Below are positions 52,751 to 64,000 of a stretch of DNA of 64,000 nt, piece after piece; position 1 is the first letter of the stretch; the number at the start of each line of letters is the position of its first letter. The position numbers and the translations under genes were made by a program. Source of the DNA: Saccostrea cucullata (taxonomy: Eukaryota); NCBI RefSeq assembly GCF_032062105.1, contig NW_026937303.1, forward strand, positions 620,001 to 684,000, given 5' to 3'. The notes under the pieces are model-generated. The model worked only from the letters and a program-made list of their open reading frames with translations, made no database searches and was not told the DNA's origin.

Positions 52751-54273
52751 TACGAAAGCCCAGAAGGCTCATTCGAGATTCAAGGTTCGAAATACGAGAT
52801 TCGAAATTCGAGATTCGAAATTCAAGTTAACCAATCAGAAGCGGATTCAAGATTTGATTACTTCCCTTTATTATGATTTTAACCAATCGTTTAATATATA
52901 AATAACAAAAGGCTCATTTAATAAAATTACAATGCAAGAAGGAGTGTTATTTATATAAGATTTAAATTCGAATAATCAGATTTCAAGATCCAAGATTAAC
53001 CAATATATTAAGCGGGTTAAATATTTGATTACTATCGGGAATATATATATTATGATTTTACTATCAAGGAATAAAGTTTAATATATAAATAACAAATAAG
53101 TCATTTAATAAAATTACAATGCAAGAAGAAAAAGTGTTATTTATATAAGATTTAAATTTAAATAATCATTGGATTTTTGATCAGCAAGATATACTTCAAT
53201 TTATATTATAGCTTTTTAAATATTAAATAGAATACATATATCGGGAATATATATATTTTTGTATTGTCTACTTTGTTAACGGGGTTGATGACATATAAAT
53301 AAAGTTATGAATACGTGGCAAGTGTCTAAAGGTTAACAATAACCCCACCCCGCAATGCCCATTTTTCCCAACACACTGAAAGGCTTGAAACTTGAAAGAC
53401 GACGTAGTATTGATAAAAGAAAAATCGCGTTCGTTTTCCTGCAAATTTAGAGATATAATACATAAAGAATTAAGTATTTAATTACTTATCTTCATCTAAA
53501 AAGGCTTTGATTTCATTTTTGAATTAATTAAAAATTATATCTACAATACAGCTTGGCGATATGAATTAAAATAAATGCGGCATTTATTTTATCTTATATC
53601 AAATAGTAGATGAGTCTAAATAAGATGCAGAACTATATAGCGTTGTGGTGTTATATTTTAGTCTCTGGCCATAGCTTTATGGCCATTTATATACTAAAAT
53701 ATTTTTTACTCAATTATAAAACCTTATATAACGCTATAGTTCGATTCAGCAGTCAAGTCTCACTGCACAAATATACCCTTTATAAATGTAATGAAATATA
53801 TACCCTTAAATTATTGTGCATTGTGTAGATAAGGATAATTTTTACCCTAATCTTATGTATAATATTTCATATCTAATTATAATTAAATGCAACATTCTCC
53901 ATCAGCAATGATCTGATGAAATAAAATTAGCAAGTCAACGATTAGACCATATAATATTTACGTATTTACTATTTTGTTAAATTAGAAAAATAAGATTATA
54001 TATGTATTTTTCAAAATGTAATCCAAATTTTATTTTTATTTCGTTTAAATACATAAAACATTTTTTCTTGCATTATCATTTTAGCAAATGATCCATTTTA
54101 ATAAATATATTCAACGATTTCGTGATAGTAAAAACGTAACAAAGGGAAGTAATCATAAGTTGAACCAGCTTTTGATTGGTTAGTTTGGATCTTGAATTTC
54201 GAAACTCGAATCTTGAATTTTGAATCTCGTATTTCGAAACATGAATCTCGAATGAGCCTTCTGGGCTTTCGTA
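52751..54273. mobile_element. IS3EU-like non-autonomous element (inverted copy of 5243-6993)
   Basis: Same TAC..GTA TIRs; 6-bp TSD CTAGAC (52745-52750, 54274-54279); internal sequence is the reverse complement of about 5400-6900. Confidence 0.85.
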
Positions 54274-54639
54274 CTAGACCTTTAGTTTACCCGTGAAATA
54301 GGACGGTCTAAACCCATCTCACATTCTTTATTAGTTACCAATCCAACGCTTAGTGAATTCTGCTTCACAATGATAGAATTACGTCTAGCTAAAAGTAAAA
54401 AAAAAATTTTAAAGACGCTATATTTGCGTCTCGCTAAAATTTCCACGTATTCGGTATAAAGTATTTGAGCATCGATCCATTTGAAAGCTGCTATCCATAT
54501 TGACTGATTATATGCAAAAGAGTAGTGAAACTTTAAAATGCGAAGATGATTATTATTTTTCACTACAGACAAACTTCTTTGAATTTACCCGACAATCATC
54601 CTAATATTATAAAATTATAAATTTTATGTTACAAAATCG

Positions 54640-55700
54640 TTCCCCGAGAAAAAAAATATCAAAGTCCAGGCTTTTTGATATCATTAACAGCTGCTTTTGT
54701 CAATAGCAAATGGAACTCTTAAATTAACTTACCTTGTCATTGGTCATTTGCAAACTTAATTAAAAAACCTTCTGATTGTACACACAAGTTCTCTGAAGTT
54801 GACATAAAAAAGATGCTTGAGTTTCTGATTGACACTATTTATGTCGTTTTTTAGACAAGTTTTTTTTAATTTATTGGAATTTCCATGGGTACTAATTGCG
54901 CTCTGTTATTACCAGACATATTTTTGTGTTTATATGAAGCACAATTTGTTTAAAATCTTATGCGTGAAAAGAAGAAAGCTGTTGCCGTGGCCTTCAACTC
55001 GACATTTCGATATTACGACGACGTAAAGACAATTAACAATGGTAATTTCCATTCTTATGTCGATACTTTCCAGGTAGGCTTAAGATAGAAGATATCACAG
55101 AGTCTGACACCTCTGTTTCATATTTGGATATTTTACATGGAAAGACATACATGTAAATGGTATTCTTACAACCAAGCCCTATGAAAAACGTGATGACTTT
55201 AACTTTTCTATCGTCGACCTCCTTACTTAATTATACAGCAATATACCTTCATCACCTGCATACGGTGTGTATATATCTCAGATGAATCGATAGGCAAGAA
55301 CATAAACTACGTACGAACAATTTCTAAAATGAGGTACATTATTGACAAAAAGGTTAATAAAACAAGTTTATAAGGAGTCTCGTTAGAAGTCATCATATCA
55401 TAAGTTCTATGGTCGATACAATGACATTGTCACCAAAACACAATTTATCTTTAAGTTAAATGCTGACTGACGTTTTCCATTCAAATTGTAAGTCCATATT
55501 TATACACTGAATTGACTACGGATTTTTCCGCTTTTTCCCGATCATGACAAAGAGCAAACGGCGGGTGTGACCAGTCGGCAGGGGATGCTCACTTCTCCAA
55601 GGCACCTCTGACGTTTCGGAGGTCCGCGTTTGCTCTGCTCCAATTTTGAATTATTTTATGGACTTTTTATTTTGAATATTGTTATTTATATGCATTTCTT
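54640..55700 (+). mobile_element. Naiad-type Penelope-like RT fragment
   Basis: Decayed GISMGTNCAL.., TFRY.DDV, SNIPSSPAYGVYISQ and KFYGRY motifs plus the conserved 3' motif. Confidence 0.8.
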
Positions 55701-56087
55701 TCGTTTCATAGAACAAAAATCCATAATAGGGAAATTTCTGTTTTGCAGAAGGGATTGATGATTGATTTAGTGTATATTTTTTTTATTTGAACAAACCTTA
55801 ATTTGAGTACAAGTCCATATGAAACTCATACAGATGTGTTGCAATAAGGCAGCAAAGCCTAATTTTGGCAGTCATTAATCACCTTTAAACCCAATGTTGA
55901 GAAATAGGATGAAATATTTTAGATTTGAATTTTTTTCACTTTCTTCCTTGATGAACAATAGACAATTTGCTCGCTTTCTTCGCCAATCAGCTAAATAGTA
56001 AGAGATCAAAATCGTAAAGTCTTGCCTTCCGCTTTGAAGTTAGATTTAAATAGGAGGCGGAGAAAAATAACGCAGTGCAAGGTGAAG

Positions 56088-57086
56088 ATGAAGACCTGGA
56101 TACATGCAGTGGTTTTCTTCACAGGACTTGTTTCCCAGGTAATTTTATATGGTAGTAGTATGGTAGGCTTGGGGTGAATTAGATTGTAAAGCAGTCCATG
56201 GCATTACCATTACTTCTTTATTTTAGACATTAAATACCCTTACTGTCGAAATTAGGTATAAATTTGCAGCCGTGCGCCGTCAAATTCTGTCTCCATATAC
56301 TGTAGAAGCACAAATTTTCGTGGGCATAAAATTTCGTTGTTTTGCGTGGGCATTTAATTTCGTTGTTTTGTCTATTCAATGTATAGTCATATAAAAGTTG
56401 AATATTGTTAACAACGAAAAATTCTCAATATTTGTGCTTTCACAGTATGTAGGGATGTTAAATACACATTTCAACAAGCAGAAAGCCATCTCATGAACTA
56501 ATTGTTTATTTTACATTTATCGTACGTATATTCACAAATAAAGATGATGGACAGTCCTTATATTCTGCTCTGCAAAAAAAGTAGTGTGTCTGTCTTTTTT
56601 AATCTTTTCATGCAATGCATTTGTCATGGTCAGGTTCCGGTATCCCAGCTCAAATAATGGTTCATAGAAACTGCGAGGAGACCAAGAAGGACTACTATCA
56701 TTCCAATAACGGCGTGTCACTTTTGCTAGATAGTGGTAAAATTTCACATGTTGATTTCCATATTACTCCTCGATTGGATGTTTGATTTCAATGAAAGCAA
56801 TGCTACTCTACTTATGAAATACAGAATCCAGCAATACCACTTACAATACTGACCAATCTTATCGAATGATTGTTTAGGAGAATGCTGTAAACAACAATCA
56901 CATGTGGACAGGGGAAGCAAGTTTTAATCCTCATAATGACGGACTTTTAAAATCATTACATACAATATAATATATCATAATAATTTCAAAGTATAGCCTT
57001 ACTGATTTCATGCTTTAAAAGTTCTCATACTTATTAAAATTAACTCAAATCGGTCAAATCACAACAAATATGACACGTGTTTTCTT

Positions 57087-57117
<31 letters not shown>

Positions 57118-59146
57118 GGAAACGGGCTTTGATTGACCATATGTTTCCTGTGACTACAAATGCCGCGCTGGAAAACGATCATTCACTACGATTGGTCAGT
57201 GTTATCGGGATATTGTTGGATTCTGTATTTCATATTAAAGTAGCGTAAATTTCATTCAAATCAAATATCCAGTCGATGAATAACATGGTAATCAATTCGT
57301 GAAATGTTACCACGGTCAATCAAGCAAAGTGACACGCTGATATTGGAATGATAGTAATTTCTGGAGTTTCTCAAATTAAATATTTTTGGGATTGTTACAT
57401 AATGATACAGGTTAATATCACTTCTGAGGTATACAGTATTAATAATTGATTTCTTGTGTACCTTAATTTGATTTCATCATACTGCAATTTATTTTTAAGG
57501 GTTTTTTTAAAACTCAAATGAATATTATTTGAAAACTTTATTAAGTTTACCCCATAAAATTAATTTGTGTCATTTTTGTTATTTAGACAGAATATGATAA
57601 AAGTTAAACGTTGTAGATTGATTGTAATGCCAAATAAAATCAATCTAAACTTCTTATAAGGAATGATTGGATGCACTTATTTTTTTAACTTGATAACAGC
57701 TAATAGTGTCTATGCAAGAATAACAAAATCCTTTTCAACACTGTTTTTCAGTGTTTTTTCGTTTTTTTATGATCTTATCATAAATGTACTTAAAATCATT
57801 GTTTGAATGTAAATGACAGAGAATTGTTAAAATTACCAAACATATAAACTGAATTCAGTGAAAGAAATAAAAACATCAGAATGATTCTCAATTCAATGTA
57901 AATCATAAAGTTATAAGCAGAACTAAAGGTTGGTCTTTTTTGTTGCTTCTTTTGTAAATAGGGCCTCAGTAGTATGTGACTGCGTTCATCAAAATATTAA
58001 ATTTTGTTTTAGGATCTTTAAAAACAAATCTTGCATAGTGTAATAGCAATTTTTGGATCGGAGATTGTTTTTATATGAAATATATTTTTTAAATGCTACA
58101 AATTTTAGCTATTTTTAAAGGAATTTACATGATATTGTTTTAATATTTTGACCAAACTTCAGTTCCACTTATAACTTTCATTGAATTGAAAATCATTCTG
58201 ATGTTTTCAAAAGAAATATACAAAAATATTTTATTGCTAAAGATTTTAAAATGACTCACTGATTAGACATTGTTTTTATCGCCCTTTTACACTTTTTCTG
58301 GTACCTCATCATTTTTTCTTCCTATCTTATAATTTTCAGTCTTTCGTTTTCGTCTAAAAGCGGACAGACGTAAAATATTTTAAGTATTTTGATTTACTTC
58401 CTCTAAATCTTGACATCTTTCCAGCTTTTTTCTTCATTTATCTTCCTCCATCTTGATTTTCATCGGATTCCCTGGACATAAGATAATTATAAGATATTAT
58501 ATAATAATGATTGATCTATATTAGCTATTCTTTAGTCAATACTTCAGGGTCAATTTTGGGCTTCTTTTACGTTCTAAGCGGACTCCAGACATCAGAAATT
58601 ATCGAGAGAATAATTCTATAAAAAAAAATTTCATTTGGCCTAATAACTTTTCGGGTTTCCTTTAAATCTAATTTTATAAGTCAATTTTTTCTAGTTTTAT
58701 ATCCAACTTAACCAAGATGAAACAGCTAATTTTGATTTCGTTGTATGTTTTATAGATTAAATGGAATTTTGAGATTGGGATAATGTGATTCTTTATTGTT
58801 GCTGTTTAGCATGCTGCGAATAGAAAAGACCTGTTGATTGACTTGTTTCTTGAGACTACAAAGTCTACAATGTGTCAAAGCTTATATAATTAAGAGTTGT
58901 ATATTTATCCTGTTTTGGGTTGTTAATGTCCTGGCTCAGATATTTGTACAATGATCGTAACTTGTTTTTACAGACTGTCTTTGGAGACTATGACGTCACA
59001 GTAAAGCTGCTGGAGTACAACAGAGATCAGAACTGTGATGACGTTACTCCATTAATTGAGCCCGAATCTGTAGCGGAGTGTGATGTTTATTTCGAGATAT
59101 GCTTGGACACGACATCTCAGAATCAAGAGTAACTCTCTCTCTCTCT

Positions 59147-59195
<49 letters not shown>

Positions 59196-60288
59196 CATCC
59201 AATAAGAATTTTATTTGTTTACAATGTACTTTAACCCTCAGCATGTTCGAATGACCTCGATGTAAATTCGAAATTTGTGACATTAACTATCAAGACTTCT
59301 TACCCGGGAATGTCGATTGTCAGTTCGTATAAACTTTTTAGACAGCAGGACATGCGCAATCGCAACTTCTCGGGCCTTTCCGACTAGCGGAAAAATTACA
59401 TTGACGCCATGACAATCCCCCTTTCACAAACTTTGAAATAAATGTTGGAAGACCTATTATCTATAGAGTATGGAGTTTAACTTTATCGGATGTTATTATA
59501 TTACCTAAAATATACAAGAGAAGGGGCTTTTAAATCCTTCAATTGCATTTTCAAGTAAACAGGAAATGTATAAATTTTTAACATCCGGAGATGTCAATAC
59601 ATTCGAGGTTGTTTTTGCGACCTCAGAAGGAAAGACCCGAGATGCGATCGAAGAGAAAGGCTTAATTTTTTTGAAATGTTTTCATTTCTGTTATTAATAA
59701 TTTAATTTCTCGATGCTTGTTTTAGACAAATATGCTATGGAAATGACAAAACCAAGCGAGTTTCTGACACAAATAGCTTTTTATTTGCCAATCATTCGAG
59801 TACGACTAATGTTTACACTTGGACGGATATCAAAGGGCAGGTAAATGTTAATATACAGATAGGAAAAATTACATATGATTTCTTTTAAACAAATAGTTGC
59901 TTTTTGTTACTTATCTTGTCCGTAGCCCTCCTTTCAAGTATCAGTCCAAGCTTACGACTACGATACTATCGGTGACAATGATGATCTTGGCGTGACAAGC
60001 TACGTGTACAGCGGGAATACAACAGGAGTGACCACCGTCACCACAACACCTGGACGGAAAAACTTACGGTAAATGTGAAGAAGTTCAATTAATAATTGTT
60101 TTGACTGAACAAAATTTTATCAAGTTCTACAAAGACACTCATTCATATTTCTCAGATTTTTAATTAAGAAAAACGTGGATTATTTAATCCTTTTTATGCT
60201 GATTATCACTCCATATTTCGTATTTTCCTTATCTAGGATAAGATTAACACTTGAAGTCTCGTGCTCAGAAAATTATTTTGGACAATAG
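56088..60288 (+). CDS. Gene A2: signal peptide + C2/MNNL domain, ending at a nonsense codon in the DSL stub (~171 aa, predicted secreted)
   Basis: Exons 56088-56138 (MKTWIHAVVFFTGLVSQ), 58974-59128, 59726-59840, 59926-60068 and 60237-60288. TAG at 60286 replaces CAG of A1; the A1-equivalent stop is at 60400-60402. Confidence 0.75.
56298..56447. mobile_element. Short TA-flanked MITE inside a SINE 3' remnant
   Basis: TACTGTAGAAGCACAAAT / ATTTGTGCTTTCACAGTA; absent from the paralogous site at about 18175. Confidence 0.7.
56693..57356. mobile_element. Foldback element with ~200-bp imperfect inverted arms
   Basis: TACTATCATTCCAATA..GTGTCACTTT..ATGAAATACAGAATCC..CTGACCAATC is mirrored at 57175-57356. 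Confidence 0.7.
59357..59650. mobile_element. MITE-like insertion in intron 2 of A2
   Basis: Imperfect TIRs CAATCGCAACTTCTCGGGCCTTTCC / GGAAAGACCCGAGATGCGATCG; missing from the A1 intron at about 652. Confidence 0.6.
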
Positions 60289-60402
60289 TGTGATCAGGGA
60301 GGCATAACAACGACATCAGAAACTCCACAACCAATACCTGTAACGACTACAACAAAAGCAACACAAGAAAAGGTTATACATGAATCACTTCACAGAAACT
60401 GA

Positions 60403-60940
60403 TTTCACCAACAACAGCTACTAAAACATTCACAGCATAAAATAAACAAAAGAAAAGTTCACCAGCAAGAAAAGTTACCCCAATTAATATTCTAAAACCA
60501 ACAAACACTGCACTAAAACTATAAGATTAAAAACAACTACACCATCACATCAACACAAACACTAAACAACACAAAAACAACGATTAAACCAACAACAAGC
60601 ACAAAACAGAGACTCTACAAACAGCAATACCCATAAAAACATCAACTATACCAACAACAACAACAATACAAACATTAACTACAACAAACGCCATAATGCT
60701 ATCAACATCATCCCCTAGCAACAAAATCAAATACACAATCAACATCAACCACCATGTCAGTAACAAACACTACACCTCCAACAATCACTTCCTCAACAAC
60801 GAGGGTTACAGAAACAAAAACAACTTCGATGAAAAACAATCATTACACCAGCGACCACGAATATAAGAACAAGAAAACATTTTAAAAATCAAACAACTAC
60901 ATAACTATACAATTACAACTACGTCAACAACAACAAAAAA
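60403..60940 (+). pseudogene. Decayed Thr-rich mucin-like sequence (paralog of 1410-2110)
   Basis: ACA-rich codon runs with stops and frameshifts. Confidence 0.65.
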
Positions 60941-61270
60941 TCAATTAAAATACTGCCGCTTGAAAAGTGGGAGGGGATAGAGTGATCGGGATATCCGTCC
61001 GTCCGTCTGTTACGCTTTAGAGTACCTATCTCTTATCTGCAACTCCTATTATACCACAGAATAATATTTGATAAGACTTTTACAGAACCTTTGTTACATG
61101 GTACAAAAATGCTCTCCAGTTTACTTTTTCGTCAGGCTCGTATTTCGGGTTTCCCATACCAAAACAAGGCCATTCTTTTATCAGTAAATATATGATACAT
61201 ATTATGATTCAATATATGAAACATACTATAAATTCTCAATGACTGTACATAAAATACACTTTCTTGATAG

Positions 61271-62808
61271 GTTATTAGTAGCTATGACGTGTCAGTGAAG
61301 CTGCTGGAGTACAAAAGAGACCCAGAAAGATGCTGTGATCGTGTTATCCTTTGTGATGAATGTGATGTCTATTTCCAGATCTGCTTACAACCTTTATCAC
61401 CAAGACAAGAGTAAGGATCTCTCTCTCTCTCTCTCTCTCTGGATTTAGTATATTGAATTATTGAAAATAAACTTTAATATTATCTTAAAGATAACATCCT
61501 ACCTATGTAATGCAAATCATTGCTTTTAACACCAATAATTGCTGGTGCATACACAGAAGTCTCAAGATAAATATTTCCTCTTAATGAAAATATTCATTAA
61601 TCAGGTATGAATTTAGTGGCAATGATTCGATCTTTATTTGTATTTTTACAGTCCTAAGTGTTATGGGGATGATGAAAACCTGCGAGTTAGTGACACAAAC
61701 AGCTTTTTATTCGAAGACTCTCTGAAATCCGCTGATTTCTACACGTGGAAGACCATCCGTGGACAGGTTATTACACATACATAAAAATTGTAGAAGATAT
61801 TTCAAAAGCCTTCAATTAAAATACTGCCGCTTGAAAAGTGGGAGGGGATAGAGTGATCGGGATATCCGTCCGTCCGTCTGTTACGCTTTAGAGTACCTAT
61901 TTCTTATCTGCAACTCCTATTATACCACAGAATAATATTTGATGAGACTTTTACAGAATCTTTGTTACATAATGTCATTATGCACCTCCAGTTTACTTTT
62001 TGATCAGGTCCGTATTTCGGGTATCCCAAAGAAAAACATGAACACAGACATTCTCTCTATAATGCTGAATGGAACCCTTCGATCATCCATCCGCAACTGC
62101 TTCTAATCCACTGAGTAAAGTTTAATGATACTTTCGCAGATTCTTTATAAAACAATGCCATTGTGTACCTCCTATTTTACATTTTTATCTAACACTTATT
62201 CCGAGTATCCCGGAACAAAACATGAACTTTGCATTTGTAATCATATAGGAGGGCGGGGTATTTTTTATTGAGCTCAGAGTTTACAGCACCTCTAATTTAA
62301 TGCTTACGTTAACTTCTACATAGCCCTCGTTTGATATATCTGTTCATGCCTTTGACTTTGATGACTTTGATGACAATGATGATCTTGGTGTAACAACATA
62401 CGAATACCGAGGTAACACAACGACTAAGAATCTGACTGTCACAACGGAACCCGGCAGAAGAAATCTACGGTAAGATGAAATGGAACGATTCCTTGTTATT
62501 GAAAAAAGCATGTTGATTTTACAATAATCACTTATTCTCAGTTATTTGTCTTAGAGAAAATAATGAAACCCCTATTTTCAATCAATCTATAAATAATTAA
62601 CACACGTATTATAAAAGATTGGATTGCACATATGATCTATTTAATAAATCAGGTTTCGATTCTTTATTTCTTAAGAATAAAGTTAGCACTAGATGTTACA
62701 AGTAGAAAAGACAACGCTCGAAGTGGACAAGAAAATGTCAACATTCCAAAACAGAAATGGCTACATTTAGTTGTCGCTGTGTCGGCTGCATCTTTGTTTT
62801 GTCTGTAG
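61271..62808 (+). CDS. Cassette B4: intact C2/MNNL + GPI-signal cassette with no leader exon of its own
   Basis: Exons 61271-61410 (VISSYDVSVKLLEYKRDPERCCDRVILCDECDVYFQICL..), 61652-61766, 62324-62469 (AFDFDDFDDNDDLG) and 62676-62808 (..RSGQENVNIPKQKWLHLVVAVSAASLFCL*) are open and phase-compatible with leader 56088-56138. Confidence 0.78.
61820..62297 (+). mobile_element. HINE/Pearl-like element at the same intron position as 2873-3409; its 5' ~200 bp is also copied at 60946-61150
   Basis: GCCGCTTGAAAAGTGGGAGG, (CCGT)n, GCAACTCCT core repeats, GGGCGGGGTATT 3' end. Confidence 0.6.
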
Positions 62809-64000
62809 TCCATTAATTCCTTTATGTATGTGTTAGACGAACACAAAGTATTTCTATGAACGTGTCTGTTTATGTGTCTCCAATCCATGCTTTATTTATT
62901 TCTCTATCAGGTAATATTGTTTTATATGACTTCATGATTTCTGTGTTTTTTGAATAAATGGTAGATTGTTCTAAAACTATTACTCAATGTGTTTTCATAA
63001 AGAGAGAGAGGGGAGAGAGAGAAAGAGAGACTTAAGTTGTCCTTAGTGAGAAGAAAGTCTAAGATTTCGGGATATTTCCTCAATGAATAAGAAAACATCT
63101 ACGTACAAAGGAATCAAAATAAAAGTTTTCAATGCTTAACGAAGGGATTTTGAATAGTTTTAATTTATTTAAACTAGTTAAAAATACAATGCTAGAAAAC
63201 TATGAAAGTGAAATGAACCAAATTCCCCAAATTAACATGACTGATAACAAATAAGAGGCTGATCAATTTGCACCTGAAAAAGTTTTTTAAAAGTTGTCTG
63301 TCCTTAATGAAAAATAGAAAAATTAATTTTATGAAAAGAGAGTAAAAAGAGAGCTTATGCATATTTCCACCAAGAGCTTTCTATGAAATGTACGTTACTT
63401 GTTTACAATATCTCAATAAAACATGTGCTGTCTATAGACACCAATGAAAAATTAAAGGTACAATGAATTAAACAATAATTAAAATTTTGTAAATTCCTTT
63501 CGTGGTGTATGTTCATTTCATAATGCATATACCTTCAAAACGTTACCATAATTAATCATTTCTGACTATTCGTTTGTTAGGTACAAAATATACACAAAAT
63601 ACAGTCGTTATATATTGAATACCTTAAACTCTGAACTCAACTACTGAGATATAATTTAAGTTTTGTGCACACGAATACAACGAGAATCTTATTTCCTTCA
63701 CATTTCTTTAGAAAATAGCATTGTATCGATAACAAGCGTTGAATTTGGAACTTCTTGTTCTTTTTTTTTTCAGCTAGGTTTCGTTGCATTAAATCAAATA
63801 ATTAATTGAGACACAATCTTTTGTTGAAAAAGTCAGAAGAGTGATTCGTTTTTCTCATGTAAATTTTTTAAAAAGAAATATGCTTTATATAAATGGTGAT
63901 ACTAGTTCCAAGGAATTCCAACAAAAATTAGAAGACCTGGCCCCGGGATCATGAAACATCTTGAGGGAAGTCAAGAGTCTTATGTTGTATTTAAATGTTG

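Larger units (their letters stand above)
58797..64000 (+). repeat. Segmental duplicate of 1-~4730 (A+B unit plus flanks)
   Basis: Collinear exons, introns and 3' flank, e.g. CCCCGGGATCATGAAACATCTTGAGGGAAGTCAA at 4672 and 63941. Confidence 0.9.

Noticed and set aside
57082-57119. T/G homopolymer run as a G-quadruplex regulatory site
   Set aside because: A simple homopolymer inside a foldback element, with unreliable length and no supporting context.
165-62808. A canonical Delta/Serrate/Jagged gene
   Set aside because: No complete DSL, EGF repeats, TM helix or intracellular tail in the window, and cassettes end in their own stop codons; no gene symbol assigned.

Overview
AT-rich (roughly 33% GC by eye), intron-containing animal genomic DNA; the repeat families suggest a bivalve, probably an oyster (inference). 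The ORF track misses the main host content because it is split into small exons. This is a + strand tandem cluster of six paralogous 4-exon cassettes and four signal-peptide (leader) exons. Each cassette encodes a stand-alone C2 domain of the Notch-ligand N-terminal (MNNL) type, with no complete DSL, EGF or transmembrane region. Type B cassettes (2402-4097 pseudogenic; 33301-34297; 46880-48264; 61271-62808) end in a GPI-anchor-like signal. Type A cassettes (165-1409; 58974-60288) end in a DSL stub plus a Thr-rich tail and look secreted. Differences between paralogs concentrate in the predicted Ca2+/lipid-binding tip loops. Mobile elements fill the cluster. They include a very young Gypsy element (10335-18077: intact pol, apparently deleted gag, -1 frameshift signal) and an older decayed Gypsy (37068-43746). 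A full-length L1/Tx1-type LINE (25560-31490) has an IMPACT/YigZ-like domain in ORF1 and no AUG at the start of ORF2. There is also a palindromic array of tRNA-headed 352-bp units inside (TA)n, IS3EU-like foldbacks, a decayed mariner, hAT and other MITEs, Deu-domain SINEs, Helentron-associated repeats and many Naiad-type Penelope fragments. All calls come from manual reading and remembered family motifs; no searches were run.
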